From: Candidatus Saccharimonadota bacterium
GTDB lineage: Bacteria > Pseudomonadota > Alphaproteobacteria > Rickettsiales > Anaplasmataceae
Direction: 5' to 3'
Assembly (NCBI RefSeq): GCF_025021925.1
Contig: NZ_CP092368.1
Span: 480,001-512,000 of the forward strand
DNA: 32,000 bases
Both the position numbers and the translations under genes were made by a program. The notes below the pieces were generated by a model. The model was not told the DNA's origin, did no database searches, and was given only the letters and a program-made list of their open reading frames with translations. This document shows, one piece after another, positions 9,381 through 19,494 of this stretch (position 1 is the first letter of the stretch; each line of letters begins with the position of its first letter).

Positions 9381-9508
9381 GTAAATTATAAAATATTTTC
9401 TTTAATTTTAAAATCAGATTATATAGATATAATGATTTTATCAAAAAATCTTCCATCTCTATAGCAATAGATAGATTTATACAATAAATCATCAATTTGC
9501 AATTTCAG

Positions 9509-11026
9509 TTAAAGTCTCAATGTGTTTGGTTTTACATATAATTCTATTAACAATTTTGTTAGTATAAGAGCAGAAAACATTGAACATGTAATTCCTATTG
9601 AAAGCGTAATAGCAAAGCTTTTCATTGCATTAATACCAATACAAAACATTATGCCTGATGCAATTAAGGTAGTGAGATTTGCATCTAAAATTGTTGTGAG
9701 CGTATTTTTAAATCCTTCTTCAATAGCACGTGCTTTTCTCTTGCCCAATTTTATTTCTTCACGAATGCGTTCAAATATCAGAATATTTGAATCTACTGAC
9801 ATACCAATTGTAAGTACAATACCTGCAATTCCAGGAAGAGTTAAAGTGACTTCCAATATGGTTAAAAATGAGAGAATGAGTATAATGTTAAAGAACATTG
9901 AACATGTAGCAAGTACTCCTAATTTACCGTAAGTCATTATAATAAAGCAAATAATTGTGAATACAGAGATAATCACAGAAATTTTGGCTGAATGTATTGA
10001 TTCTCTACCAAGATTTGGACCAATATTTTTTTCTTCTACTATTGACAGTGATGCTGGCATTGCTCCAGCTCTTAAGAGCTGGGCAAGTTCTATTGCATCT
10101 TTCTCGCTAAAATTTCCATTAATTTCTCCTTCTCCATTTAGAATAGGTTCTCTGATGATTGGAATAGTGATAATTATATTATCAAGTATAATTGCAAGAG
10201 GTTTTCCTAGATTCTCTGTAGATACTCTTGCAAATCTTTTACTTGCAAGATCGTCAAATTTAAAATGTATTGTGGGATAACCTAAAGTATTATATATGAC
10301 TGACACATTTATCAAGGACTCTCCTTTCATTACAGTCTTGCGCAATATAGGGTATACTTGTCCGAAAGAATCTCTTAATAGAATAGTAGTTGTATCATCA
10401 ATATCCTCTATTTTCATGACATTCTCATTTATAAAATGAAAAGATAATTTAGCCATTTTGCCAAGAAGAGACTTTACATGCTTGATATTATGTATTCCTG
10501 GTATCTGAACTAATATTTTATCTGTGCCTTGTGTTTGTACACTAATTTCTTTAGTACCTAGTATATCTAAGCGTCGTTGAATATTAGTTATTAATTCTAA
10601 GACTAATTCATGAATCAAAAAAGTTTTGTATTGCTGTTGATATGAAATCTTCATTGAAGAATCTTTTTTATTAATTTCTAAATTAGAATTCATAGCTTTC
10701 ACTAATGTGCAATATTTTTTACTATTATTAATATTACTATCTAGAATTAATATCATATCTTCCTGGATTTGAATCGTAGGGATCAGACCTACAGTCAAAA
10801 GCATTGCTTGTATTTCATCAGCTAATATGTATAATTTTTCTTTAAAATAAGATTCTATGTCTATACGTAATAACAAAGAACTACCTCCCCGTAAATCTAA
10901 ACCTAAACTCATTTTTTTTTGTGAAATAAAAAATTTATTATCAAAAAAATTTGGTAATACTATATATAATAATACGAGACATATAATTAATATTGAGAAA
11001 GTTTTGATCTTAAATCCTATTTGCAT
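9509..11026 (-). CDS. secD: protein translocase subunit SecD
   Basis: 505 aa. It has an N-terminal TM segment, a large periplasmic domain beginning LGLDLRGGSS, and a C-terminal multi-TM block (GIAGIVLTIGMSVDSNILIFERIREE). No secF is adjacent. Confidence 0.92.
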   Translation of the reverse strand: MQIGFKIKTFSILIICLVLLYIVLPNFFDNKFFISQKKMSLGLDLRGGSSLLLRIDIESYFKEKLYILADEIQAMLLTVGLIPTIQIQEDMILILDSNINNSKKYCTLVKAMNSNLEINKKDSSMKISYQQQYKTFLIHELVLELITNIQRRLDILGTKEISVQTQGTDKILVQIPGIHNIKHVKSLLGKMAKLSFHFINENVMKIEDIDDTTTILLRDSFGQVYPILRKTVMKGESLINVSVIYNTLGYPTIHFKFDDLASKRFARVSTENLGKPLAIILDNIIITIPIIREPILNGEGEINGNFSEKDAIELAQLLRAGAMPASLSIVEEKNIGPNLGRESIHSAKISVIISVFTIICFIIMTYGKLGVLATCSMFFNIILILSFLTILEVTLTLPGIAGIVLTIGMSVDSNILIFERIREEIKLGKRKARAIEEGFKNTLTTILDANLTTLIASGIMFCIGINAMKSFAITLSIGITCSMFSALILTKLLIELYVKPNTLRL

Positions 11027-11107
11027 AAATTTTAGGTTTAAAATTATGATAATATACTATAAACTAATTTATTAGACTTGTGTAATGTAAAATTGAGAGA
11101 TTTCTTT

Positions 11108-11983
11108 ATGAAGATAGGTACTAGAGGTAGTAGTCTTGCACTTGTGCAAGCAACGCAAGTAAAACAAAAATTACTAGAAAATGTTAATAATTTATCTATT
11201 GAGATTATTAAGATTAAAACTTCTGGAGATAAATATATAAATAAAAACCTTGCTGAAATAGGCGGTAAAGGATTATTCATTAAGGAACTTGAAATTGCAT
11301 TACTAGAGAAGAAAATAGATATCGCAGTGCATTCGTTAAAAGATGTACCTGCATTCTTCTCAGAAGATTTAACAATTCCCTGTATCTTAGAAAGAATCAG
11401 TCCATATGATGCATTTATTTCTCATAAATACATGAATATGACCTCTTTACCAATGCATGCTACACTTGCGACTTCTGCAATAAGAAGAAAAGTACAATTA
11501 CTACATTTAAGACCTGATTTAAAGATAGTACCATTGCGTGGTAACGTTACTACTAGATTAATAAATCATCAAAGCTTTGATGGAATCATTCTCGCAGAAG
11601 CTGGCTTAATAAGATTAAGTAAAAGTCATTTCATTAAAGAAATATTATCACCGCAAGTAATGTTAAGTGCCGTTGGACAGGGCGCAATATGTATTCAATG
11701 TCGGAAGAATGATTTTGCAATCATTAGTATTTTAGAACGAATCAATGATCTTACATCCTTTATTAGGACAAGTGCAGAACGAAGCTTTATGAAAACTGTT
11801 AATGGTTCATGTTTTACACCTCTTGCAGCTTTAGCAGAATTGATCAATCATTCAACGCTATATCTGCGCTGTATGTTAGCTTCTGAAAAAAATATATTTT
11901 TTACTGAAAGGACTTCATGCATAGAAGATGCAGAGGCAATAGGAGTGGATGCTGGATTAGAGTTAAAAGAAAAATGCTCATGA
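11108..11983 (+). CDS. hemC: hydroxymethylbilane synthase (porphobilinogen deaminase)
   Basis: The translation from the ATG at 11108 begins MKIGTRGSSLALVQA, the canonical N-terminus. HSLKDVP is present, and the cofactor Cys lies in NGSCFTPLAA. The ORF-track start at 11078 adds 10 unlikely residues. Confidence 0.92.
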   Translation: MKIGTRGSSLALVQATQVKQKLLENVNNLSIEIIKIKTSGDKYINKNLAEIGGKGLFIKELEIALLEKKIDIAVHSLKDVPAFFSEDLTIPCILERISPYDAFISHKYMNMTSLPMHATLATSAIRRKVQLLHLRPDLKIVPLRGNVTTRLINHQSFDGIILAEAGLIRLSKSHFIKEILSPQVMLSAVGQGAICIQCRKNDFAIISILERINDLTSFIRTSAERSFMKTVNGSCFTPLAALAELINHSTLYLRCMLASEKNIFFTERTSCIEDAEAIGVDAGLELKEKCS

Positions 11984-12191
11984 TAAAAGATTGACTCTCT
12001 TTACGAAATGTGATCACATCTATATGCATTGATCTTCTTGAATGCTGTGATATTGAATAGATGTAGAAAAAAAGAGAAATAAAAGTTTTTATTATATATC
12101 TATACTTAAAGACACATTGATATAAACACTAAAATATACTGAGAATATATGAATTAATATACCTAAGATTAAAAAATTTTTACATACTGAT

Positions 12192-12614
12192 ATGCTATTC
12201 TGTTCATTCAAATTCCTATTTACATCCCTATTCTTCACATCTATGCTAATCATGCCATATTATTCTGAAGCGAGATCTAAGAGTAAAAAGATGAGTACTA
12301 AGTATATACCTTGTGAAAATCCTGGTGGTATCAATTTTCATGTAGATAAGAATTTTGCTGAAGCATATCAATGCTATCAAATCCGTATACAAAATCTTAA
12401 GAACATAGATAGACAAAATCATCTTGATAAAAGCATTGTGTATCATGATGAGAAAATGCATCAGGAATCACTAATATATGATGATATTATGATGAATAAA
12501 GACGGAATTAATATTGCAAAACTAAAAGGAGCAATATTTCTCGATCAAGAAACACATTCTAAGTGTATGATAATACATGAAGAGATATATGATCAGAAAA
12601 CAGATGAGCCATGA
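12192..12614 (+). CDS. hypothetical exported protein (orphan)
   Basis: 140-aa ORF in a gap otherwise free of features. The hydrophobic N-terminus (FLFTSLFFTSMLIMPYYSEA) is followed by a charged, Asp/Glu/Lys/His-rich region. I recognise no family, and coding status rests on ORF length and the signal-like start only. Confidence 0.5.
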   Translation: MLFCSFKFLFTSLFFTSMLIMPYYSEARSKSKKMSTKYIPCENPGGINFHVDKNFAEAYQCYQIRIQNLKNIDRQNHLDKSIVYHDEKMHQESLIYDDIMMNKDGINIAKLKGAIFLDQETHSKCMIIHEEIYDQKTDEP

Positions 12615-12685
12615 TTTATCATCATCAGAAATAAAGAAATAATTTTCGCGATCACTTAATTAGAAAGTATATAGCGCAGTCAAAC

Positions 12686-13957
12686 ATGTTTAATAAAATA
12701 TCATATGAATGCTCTCCTATTTTTAGACATAAAACGCATGTTGTAGAAGTTGGTAAAGTGAAGATAGGAGGAGATCATCCTATAGTAATTCAATCTATGG
12801 CGCTTGGCGTACATATAGATTCTGATAATATAAAAGAAGGTGCGAGACATTATGCAAAAGAAATAATAGATCTAGCACGTGCAGGTTCCGAGCTAGTACG
12901 TATAGCATTACATTCAGAAACAATAGTACAAGCAATTCCCTACATAGTAGAAGAATTGAATCAGGAAGGGTATGATGGCTCAATATTAATTGGATGTGGA
13001 CAGTATGAAATCAGTAGATTAGTCAAGAAGTATCCAGAGTATATTAAATTACTAGGTAAAATTAGAATTAATCCAGGTAATATAGGTTTCAATGATAAAC
13101 GTGATCATCAATTTACAAAAGTCATAGAATATGTCATCAAACACAATCTATGTATTAGAATTGGAGTAAATTGGGGGAGTATTGATAAATATTTATTACA
13201 AAAATTGATGGATAGTAATTCTTGCTCTAGTGATCCTTTATCTTCAGATGCTCTGCTACGTAAAGCGCTTGTAGTATCAGCATTAGAGAGCGCAAAGAAA
13301 GCAGAAGAGATTGGACTGAGTCCAAATAAAATAGTAATTTCCTGTAAAGTTAGTACAGTACAAGATTTAATTATAGTATATCGTGCAATTGCACAATCTT
13401 GTAATTATGCTCTACATTTGGGTTTAACAGAAGCTGGTATGGGATATAAAGGTATCATAGGAACCACAGCAGGACTAACTTACTTATTACAACATGGTAT
13501 TGGAGATACTATTAGAGCATCGCTGACTCAGCGTATTGATGAATCCAGGATTAATGAAGTTATTGTATGTAAAGAAATATTACAGTCAATAGGTATCAAG
13601 TATTTTATGCCTCAAGTAAATTCATGTCCTGGTTGTGGACGTACAAGTAGTACTCGTTTCCGTATATTATCTGAAGCAGTGAATCAGTATATCACAGCCT
13701 GTATGCCGATATGGAAGATACATAATCCAGGTGTAGAGCAGATGAAGATTGCTGTAATGGGATGTATAGTGAATGGACCAGGAGAAAGTAAGCATGCTAA
13801 CTTAGGGATTAGTCTACCTGGAGATGGTGAAAAGTCTGTATCAGCAGTTTATAAAAATGGTAAATATCTCAAAACCTTACAAGGTGATAATCTATTTGAA
13901 GATTTTAAAGTGCTCATTCATGAATATATATCTGAGCACTACCAAATGAATCAATAA
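12686..13957 (+). CDS. ispG: 4-hydroxy-3-methylbut-2-en-1-yl diphosphate synthase (GcpE)
   Basis: 423 aa. It has an IspG TIM-barrel N-terminus ([11 protein letters not shown]) and the 4Fe-4S ligand motifs NSCPGCGRT and [10 protein letters not shown]. Confidence 0.93.
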   Translation: MFNKISYECSPIFRHKTHVVEVGKVKIGGDHPIVIQSMALGVHIDSDNIKEGARHYAKEIIDLARAGSELVRIALHSETIVQAIPYIVEELNQEGYDGSILIGCGQYEISRLVKKYPEYIKLLGKIRINPGNIGFNDKRDHQFTKVIEYVIKHNLCIRIGVNWGSIDKYLLQKLMDSNSCSSDPLSSDALLRKALVVSALESAKKAEEIGLSPNKIVISCKVSTVQDLIIVYRAIAQSCNYALHLGLTEAGMGYKGIIGTTAGLTYLLQHGIGDTIRASLTQRIDESRINEVIVCKEILQSIGIKYFMPQVNSCPGCGRTSSTRFRILSEAVNQYITACMPIWKIHNPGVEQMKIAVMGCIVNGPGESKHANLGISLPGDGEKSVSAVYKNGKYLKTLQGDNLFEDFKVLIHEYISEHYQMNQ

Positions 13958-13962
13958 TCATT

Positions 13963-13977
13963 ATATGCAGTGCATAT
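13963..13977. terminator. short palindrome/hairpin between convergent ispG and dnaJ (atatgca-g-tgcatat)
   Basis: A 7-bp inverted repeat was read directly in the 35-bp gap between two converging genes, with T/A runs on both sides. The stem is AT-rich and short, so this is only a weak candidate for a bidirectional terminator. Confidence 0.25.
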
Positions 13978-13992
13978 CATATATAAGCTTTT

Positions 13993-15114
13993 TTATTTTT
14001 TTTTTACTGTACTAAAAAATCCTTCAGTAGAACATTGCATACCGATATTTTTTTCTTCTTCTGAAAAAGCTTGCAAAAGCTCAAGTTGTTTTTTATTTAA
14101 ATTCTTTGGATGTACAGTCATCACTATGACTTGTACGTATAAATCACCTCTAGTATATGAGTTTATATAATACATGCCCTTCTCTTTACATCTTAATTTA
14201 GTATTTGTTTGAATACCTTCTGGTACCTTTACTTTTATGTGTATTCCATCTATTGAATACACATCTATTTCTCCACCTAAAATAGCTAACGTCATATTTA
14301 TAGGTACCTTACAATATAAATCTGCTTTATTACGAGTAAATATCTTATGTGGCGCGATTTTAACATATACATATAAATCTCCACTCTTTGCATTTCGTAT
14401 TCCAGCCTCTCCCTTACCACTGACTCGTACTTTAGAGCCTTCTTCTACACCATGAGGTATACTAACTGATATATTGACTTCAGCTCTTTTACGTCCATTA
14501 CCGTCACACTTCTTACATTTATTCTTTATGATTTCACCTTCTCCGTAACATACGTTACAAGTTCTTTCAATTGTAAAAAATCCTTGTTGTGCTCTTGTCA
14601 TTCCACTTCCCTTACAAGCATGGCATTTCACTGGCGTGATGGCACCTTCGCTCCCAATACCTTGACATACATCACATTTTATATTTGTTACATAATGTAT
14701 AGGAGCTTGTATGCCTTTAAATGAATCTTCTAAAGTAATTTCAAGATCATAACGAAGATCAGATCCAGGTACACCTGCACTTGTATTTTTATTAGCTTTT
14801 GCTCTACTTGTGCTATTAAAACCCCCACTAAAAAAGTCATTAAAGATATCACTAAAATCTCCTGAAGAATGAAAACTTTGAGAAGATCCAAAAGGACTTT
14901 CCTGACCATATTGATCATAGGTTGCCCGTTTTTGCGAATCTGATAGTACTTCATATGCAGAGGCAATTTCTTTAAATTTTTCTTCTGCTTCTTTATTGTT
15001 AGGATTCCTATCAGGATGATACTTAAATGCTAATCTTTTATATGATTTTTTTATCTCTTCAACACTTGCATTTCTACCTATCTCTAGTAGTTCATAATAA
15101 TCTTTCTTGCTCAT
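13993..15114 (-). CDS. dnaJ: molecular chaperone DnaJ
   Basis: 373 aa. It has a J-domain with HPD (KYHPDRNP), a G/F-rich linker and four CxxCxGxG repeats ([32 protein letters not shown]). No dnaK or grpE is nearby. Confidence 0.95.
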   Translation of the reverse strand: MSKKDYYELLEIGRNASVEEIKKSYKRLAFKYHPDRNPNNKEAEEKFKEIASAYEVLSDSQKRATYDQYGQESPFGSSQSFHSSGDFSDIFNDFFSGGFNSTSRAKANKNTSAGVPGSDLRYDLEITLEDSFKGIQAPIHYVTNIKCDVCQGIGSEGAITPVKCHACKGSGMTRAQQGFFTIERTCNVCYGEGEIIKNKCKKCDGNGRKRAEVNISVSIPHGVEEGSKVRVSGKGEAGIRNAKSGDLYVYVKIAPHKIFTRNKADLYCKVPINMTLAILGGEIDVYSIDGIHIKVKVPEGIQTNTKLRCKEKGMYYINSYTRGDLYVQVIVMTVHPKNLNKKQLELLQAFSEEEKNIGMQCSTEGFFSTVKKK

Positions 15115-15228
15115 ATAGAAATATTTTCTCTTAAGGTCTGAAGATAGGTCTTTAACATGTAAATTTCAAGTACAATATATGTTTTTTATATTTTAGATGT
15201 CGATTTATATTGAAAGATAGTATAATAA

Positions 15229-15302
15229 TGCACCCTGAGCGATTCGAACGCCCGACCTTTTGATTCGTAGTCAAATACTCTATCCAACTGAGCTAAGGGT
15301 GC
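15229..15302 (-). tRNA. tRNA-Arg (ACG)
   Basis: A 74-nt cloverleaf was read on the minus strand: GCACCCT-TA-GCTCAGTTGGATAGAGT-A-TTTGA-CTACGAA-TCAAA-AGGTC-GGGCG-TTCGAAT-CGCTC-AGGGTGC-A. The anticodon is ACG. No CCA is encoded. Confidence 0.95.
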
Positions 15303-15347
15303 AATCAAATAATAACTCTATCAGATTTTATTATGTATTCAACGAGT

Positions 15348-15375
15348 TTTATGATATTATTCATAATATCATAAA
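15348..15375. repeat. perfect 13-bp inverted repeat with a 2-nt centre (tttatgatattat-tc-ataatatcataaa)
   Basis: Read directly and checked base by base. It lies 46-73 nt upstream of the tRNA-Arg 5' end and about 190 nt upstream of guaB, in a divergent intergenic region. Confidence 0.85.
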
Positions 15376-15565
15376 TCAGTTATGAAAGATATGTGTGATA
15401 TAAGTACAGTGTGTTTCTATAAATATAGAGTACTATATTATGATACAGTCAATTATTTAAAATATGTTGCGTTTTATCTAAAATACTTCTATATATTACA
15501 TATGGGTTCTAGCTAATTTATTAAACCTGATTATACTGCATACTATAATCAAGCATATTATAATC

Positions 15566-17053
15566 ATGAAAACCTATTATTCATTTGATGATATACTTCT
15601 TGTACCATCATATTCTGATGTACCTCCTAGAGATACAGATATTAAAACTTTCTTAACAAATGATATTCCATTAAATATTCCTATAATATCATCCGCTATG
15701 GATACTGTCACTGAATCAGAATTTGCAATAGCAATTGCTCAACATGGTGGTATTGGATGTATACATAAAAACTTATCAATTGATAAGCAAGTTGCAGAAG
15801 TTAAAAGAGTCAAAAAATATGAAAGTTGGATTGTATATAATCCAATGATCATTTCACCAGATAAAACAGTTGCAGAAGCAATTTTATTAATGAGAAGATA
15901 TAATTATTCAGGCATACCTGTAGTAGAAAAACAAAAGTTAGTAGGTATCCTGACTAATAGAGATGTCAGATTTATTGAAGATTATAATATGCATATTAAG
16001 GTATCAGAAGTGATGACGCAACAAGAGAAATTAGTGACAGTCAAAGAGAATAGAGTTAATAGCGCTTCTGCAATGAAATTGTTACATGAAAATAGAATAG
16101 AAAAGCTATTAGTAGTTGATGATAATTCTTGTTGTATTGGACTTATTACTGTGAAAGATATCGAAAAGTATAATAAATATCCCAATTCATGTAAAGACAG
16201 TAAAATGCGTTTGAGAGTCGCAGCAGCTATTGGTACTGGTCCAAAAGATGGAATTGAAAGATCTGAAGCTCTTATTGATGGAGAAGTTGATGCTGTGATT
16301 ATTGATACAGCTCATGGTCATTCTTATGGAGTAATTAATACCGTTAAAGAAATAAAAAAAATGTATCCTAATATGCAGGTCATTGCGGGTAATGTTGTCA
16401 CACAAGAAGGTGCTGAAGCCCTGATTAGGGCAGGAGTAGATGCAGTGAAAGTGGGTATAGGACCTGGTTCTATATGCACCACGCGCATAGTGACGGGTGT
16501 AGGAATGCCACAATTCTCTGCTATTCAGTTGATTGCAGAGGTATGTAATTTGCATAATGTTAGACTGATTGCTGATGGAGGAATAAAGAATTCTGGTGAC
16601 ATTGCAAAAGCTATTGCAGCTGGCGCTGACTCTGTAATGATTGGATCAATTTTTGCTGGTACTCATGAAAGTCCAGGTGAGATTTTTATGTATCAAGGTA
16701 GATCATACAAAGAGTATCGAGGTATGGGATCTGTTAGTGCAATGAGATTAGGTTCAGCAAGTAGATATTGTCAAGATAATAATTCAACACTTAAACTTGT
16801 ACCAGAAGGAGTGGAAGGGAGAGTACCATTTAAAGGTCCAGTGTCAGGTATCATTCACCAGTTACTTGGAGGTTTACAAGCTTCAATGTGGTATACTGGT
16901 AATAGTAATATAGCGCAAATGAAGCAAAATTGTGAATTCATCACTATTACTCCATCAGGATTAAGAGAAAGTCATACACATGATGTAATAATTACACAAG
17001 AATCTCCAAATTACTCTTATCAAGACACTAGCAATTTCAATCATTCATACTAA
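15566..17053 (+). CDS. guaB: IMP dehydrogenase
   Basis: 495 aa. The N-terminus is [12 protein letters not shown] tandem CBS insert is present. The catalytic loop is [12 protein letters not shown] with the active-site Cys, followed by [10 protein letters not shown] and GMGS motifs. Confidence 0.95.
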   Translation: MKTYYSFDDILLVPSYSDVPPRDTDIKTFLTNDIPLNIPIISSAMDTVTESEFAIAIAQHGGIGCIHKNLSIDKQVAEVKRVKKYESWIVYNPMIISPDKTVAEAILLMRRYNYSGIPVVEKQKLVGILTNRDVRFIEDYNMHIKVSEVMTQQEKLVTVKENRVNSASAMKLLHENRIEKLLVVDDNSCCIGLITVKDIEKYNKYPNSCKDSKMRLRVAAAIGTGPKDGIERSEALIDGEVDAVIIDTAHGHSYGVINTVKEIKKMYPNMQVIAGNVVTQEGAEALIRAGVDAVKVGIGPGSICTTRIVTGVGMPQFSAIQLIAEVCNLHNVRLIADGGIKNSGDIAKAIAAGADSVMIGSIFAGTHESPGEIFMYQGRSYKEYRGMGSVSAMRLGSASRYCQDNNSTLKLVPEGVEGRVPFKGPVSGIIHQLLGGLQASMWYTGNSNIAQMKQNCEFITITPSGLRESHTHDVIITQESPNYSYQDTSNFNHSY

Positions 17054-17104
17054 GTACTTTGATTAATATATAGAGAATAAGATCTGACAGTAAGATATTA
17101 CATC

Positions 17105-18037
17105 TCATAATTTAATATGGTCTTTAAAATTAATATTTTCAAAAATACCATATGGCATCACTGAGACTTGTGCATCCATAGTGAACTCAAAATATTCTAT
17201 TAATTCATTAATTAATATATTAGGTACAGATGCTCCTGCAGTAATTCCTATTTTATTTATATTCTTAAACCAGTGCTTTTTTATATAACTATGATTTTCG
17301 ATTAAAAAAGCTTTTTTTTGTCCTTGAAGCATGCATATTTCTAATAAGCGACGTGCATTTGAACTATTAGCACTACCTATAATTAATACCATATCTACTC
17401 TTTTAGAGAGCATTTTAATAGCATTTTGTCTATTATGCGTTGCATAACATATATTACTTAAAGATCTACCCTTAATATCAGGATATTTTAATTTTATTGC
17501 ATCAATAATATTACTGGTTTCATCAATACTTAGTGTCGTTTGAGTAATATAAGAGACATGATGTGGATTTCTAATATGAACACTTTTTACATCTTCTAAA
17601 GATTGTACTAAAATGATAGGATTTTTTACTCTTCCTATAATTCCATTTACTTCTGGATGATTAGCATGCCCTATAAGAATCAATTCCTGACCATTTTTTT
17701 CATATTCTTGTGCGATATGATGCACCTTGCGTACTAAAGGACATGTTGTATCAATCACAGTTAACCCCTGTCTCTTAGCTTGCTCTTCTATATTTTTTGA
17801 TACTCCATGTGCACTGAAAACTAATACTCCACTATTATCTTGAATTTCTTCAAGATGCTCAATAAATATTGCTCCTTGTTTTATAAATTGCTCTATAATG
17901 TATGTATTATGTACAATTTCATGTAAAACATATACTTGACATTTATTTTTATATATTGCTAAGGTATGTGTTAAGATCTCTATAGCTCTTTTTACTCCAG
18001 CACAAAAACCTCGTGGTTCTGCTAAAATAACTTCCAT
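17105..18037 (-). CDS. ispH: 4-hydroxy-3-methylbut-2-enyl diphosphate reductase (LytB)
   Basis: 310 aa. The three cluster cysteines are in the expected contexts ([22 protein letters not shown]), and the conserved SAHG and IGSANSSN segments are present. Confidence 0.93.
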   Translation of the reverse strand: MEVILAEPRGFCAGVKRAIEILTHTLAIYKNKCQVYVLHEIVHNTYIIEQFIKQGAIFIEHLEEIQDNSGVLVFSAHGVSKNIEEQAKRQGLTVIDTTCPLVRKVHHIAQEYEKNGQELILIGHANHPEVNGIIGRVKNPIILVQSLEDVKSVHIRNPHHVSYITQTTLSIDETSNIIDAIKLKYPDIKGRSLSNICYATHNRQNAIKMLSKRVDMVLIIGSANSSNARRLLEICMLQGQKKAFLIENHSYIKKHWFKNINKIGITAGASVPNILINELIEYFEFTMDAQVSVMPYGIFENINFKDHIKL

Positions 18038-18086
18038 ATTAATTCAGTATATTCATATTATTTAATATATACTTTATCTTGTGTTA

Positions 18087-18407
18087 TTATGATGGTCTAA
18101 TGATAATTGCGAATTTATCACTACCAAAATCTTTATTGATAGACCAAGATCCATCATCTTGAGATTTATATTCAATTCCTTCAATTTCTCTATTGATAGT
18201 TTCTCCATTATGATTATCAATAGCAATTTTGATATTAAATGTGATAATATCTAGATTGACTTCTACTTCTTTGCCATTTACAGCATTTAAAACAAACTTA
18301 CCTGATATTAGATCATTAAATCCTACTTCTCCTGTATAAGTATCACACTGATCGTGTACACAATATATACCTTCAATATAGAAAAGATCTGTCATATAAA
18401 ACACCAT
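18087..18407 (-). CDS. hypothetical protein (orphan, about 102-106 aa)
   Basis: The ORF fills the gap between elbB and ispH on the same strand. It has no signal peptide and a Gly/Asp/Asn/Ile-rich composition suggesting a beta-rich fold. I recognise no family. The start could be M1 or M5 (MTDLFY). Confidence 0.45.
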   Translation of the reverse strand: MVFYMTDLFYIEGIYCVHDQCDTYTGEVGFNDLISGKFVLNAVNGKEVEVNLDIITFNIKIAIDNHNGETINREIEGIEYKSQDDGSWSINKDFGSDKFAIIIRPS

Positions 18408-18535
18408 ATATTAAATAATGAAAGATATTTTTATATAGAATATATTAATATATTACATTGAGAAACAGAAAACTCAATAGTTTTTATGCTGTTAATGAAT
18501 AAGTTATTCTAATGACTATGATAATATTTATATAT

Positions 18536-19228
18536 TTAGCTCTTTTTTATTATTTTTTTTACTATACTATCAATCATATGTTTTATGCCCTGATATACAG
18601 AGTAAATACTCTCGTCGCTTCGCATATACGCAGAACAAGAAAAGATATTATATCTTTCATCTTCTATTGATAATTGTGTATCACATTTTATATGTTTTCC
18701 TCCAAGTTTATTGACTAAATGTTCTGTGTCGTCTCCTATTGTAACTTTAATCTGATTTTCTTGATTGACTTTAGAATTTAAAATAGCAACAATAACTGTT
18801 GGAGAAATACATATTGTACCTATTGGTTTTTTAGCGGCAAAAAATTCTAGTACTAATCTTGCAAATTCAGGTATTACTGTCACTTTTTCTCTTATCTCAG
18901 ATAAGTTAGAGAGATTACTGATTACTCCATGGCCACCAGGTAATATTAATATATCAAAATCTTCTGCTTTAGCTTCTTGTAAGTTATATATCTCACCTCT
19001 TGCAATTCTCGCTGACTCTACAAGTACATTTCTTGTCTCTTCTATGACTGGTAATTTTGTTTTATGATTTATTACTTGTGTAATATTAATATCTGGTGCG
19101 AAACATTTGATGGATACTTCATGTTGATCTAGAACAAGAAGAGCAAATGCAGATTCTCTTATTTCTGAACCGTCAAGATAACCACACCCTGATAATACCA
19201 CAGCTGCTTTTAGTTTCTTATCACTCAT
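18536..19228 (-). CDS. elbB: ElbB-type DJ-1/PfpI-family protein (isoprenoid biosynthesis glyoxalase ElbB)
   Basis: 230 aa. It has the ElbB-like N-terminus KAAVVLSGCGYLDGSEI, then ILPGGHG and the nucleophile-elbow Cys in GTICISP. Confidence 0.8.
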   Translation of the reverse strand: MSDKKLKAAVVLSGCGYLDGSEIRESAFALLVLDQHEVSIKCFAPDINITQVINHKTKLPVIEETRNVLVESARIARGEIYNLQEAKAEDFDILILPGGHGVISNLSNLSEIREKVTVIPEFARLVLEFFAAKKPIGTICISPTVIVAILNSKVNQENQIKVTIGDDTEHLVNKLGGKHIKCDTQLSIEDERYNIFSCSAYMRSDESIYSVYQGIKHMIDSIVKKIIKKS

Positions 19229-19494
19229 ACTAAGGTACCTTTATTGTATATAATCTAGATATTTTAGTATAAATTCTATATTTGAAAAGCAGTATTGTAG
19301 TAAAAACATCACTTAATGATATAATACTATATCCAGTAAGGGATATTAATGACTTTCTTGATATAGAATGATAGTGATGATGTAAGAATAAAAATATCAT
19401 TAACTACAAATGATATTTTGTCTTTTAAATAGATGTTAATAAAGAAAATTCATCTTAAAAACAAGAAAGCATGATCACTGGATCTTCAATTTTA

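Noticed and set aside
9286-9495. A 69-aa ORF bridging the transporter start and the secD/transporter spacer.
   Set aside because: It overlaps the transporter N-terminus in another frame. Its Ile/Asn/Tyr/Lys-rich composition is what AT-rich non-coding DNA produces, and no start context or homology was recognised.
11078-11107. The ORF-track start of hemC, 10 codons upstream.
   Set aside because: The canonical HemC N-terminus (MKIGTRGS) begins at the ATG at 11108. The extra residues have no counterpart.
12008-12019. A 12-bp perfect palindrome, atgtgatcacat, 25 nt after the hemC stop.
   Set aside because: It is too short and has no spacer, so it cannot be called a terminator or operator. It is a single occurrence and no matching half-sites were noticed elsewhere in the window.
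9509-15114. secD without an adjacent secF and dnaJ without dnaK/grpE, read as evidence of gene loss.
   Set aside because: One window cannot show absence from the genome. Dispersed secD/secF and dnaK/dnaJ loci are, to my knowledge, common in reduced Rickettsiales genomes.
18439-18478. A 16-bp all-A/T palindrome (aatatattaatatatt) and an adjacent hairpin, attgag-N10-ctcaat followed by agttttta, between elbB and the 106-aa ORF.
   Set aside because: The palindrome is pure A/T and is expected often in this composition. The hairpin is 6 bp with two G-C pairs, and its T-run is on the plus strand while both flanking genes are on the minus strand. It is not a credible terminator.
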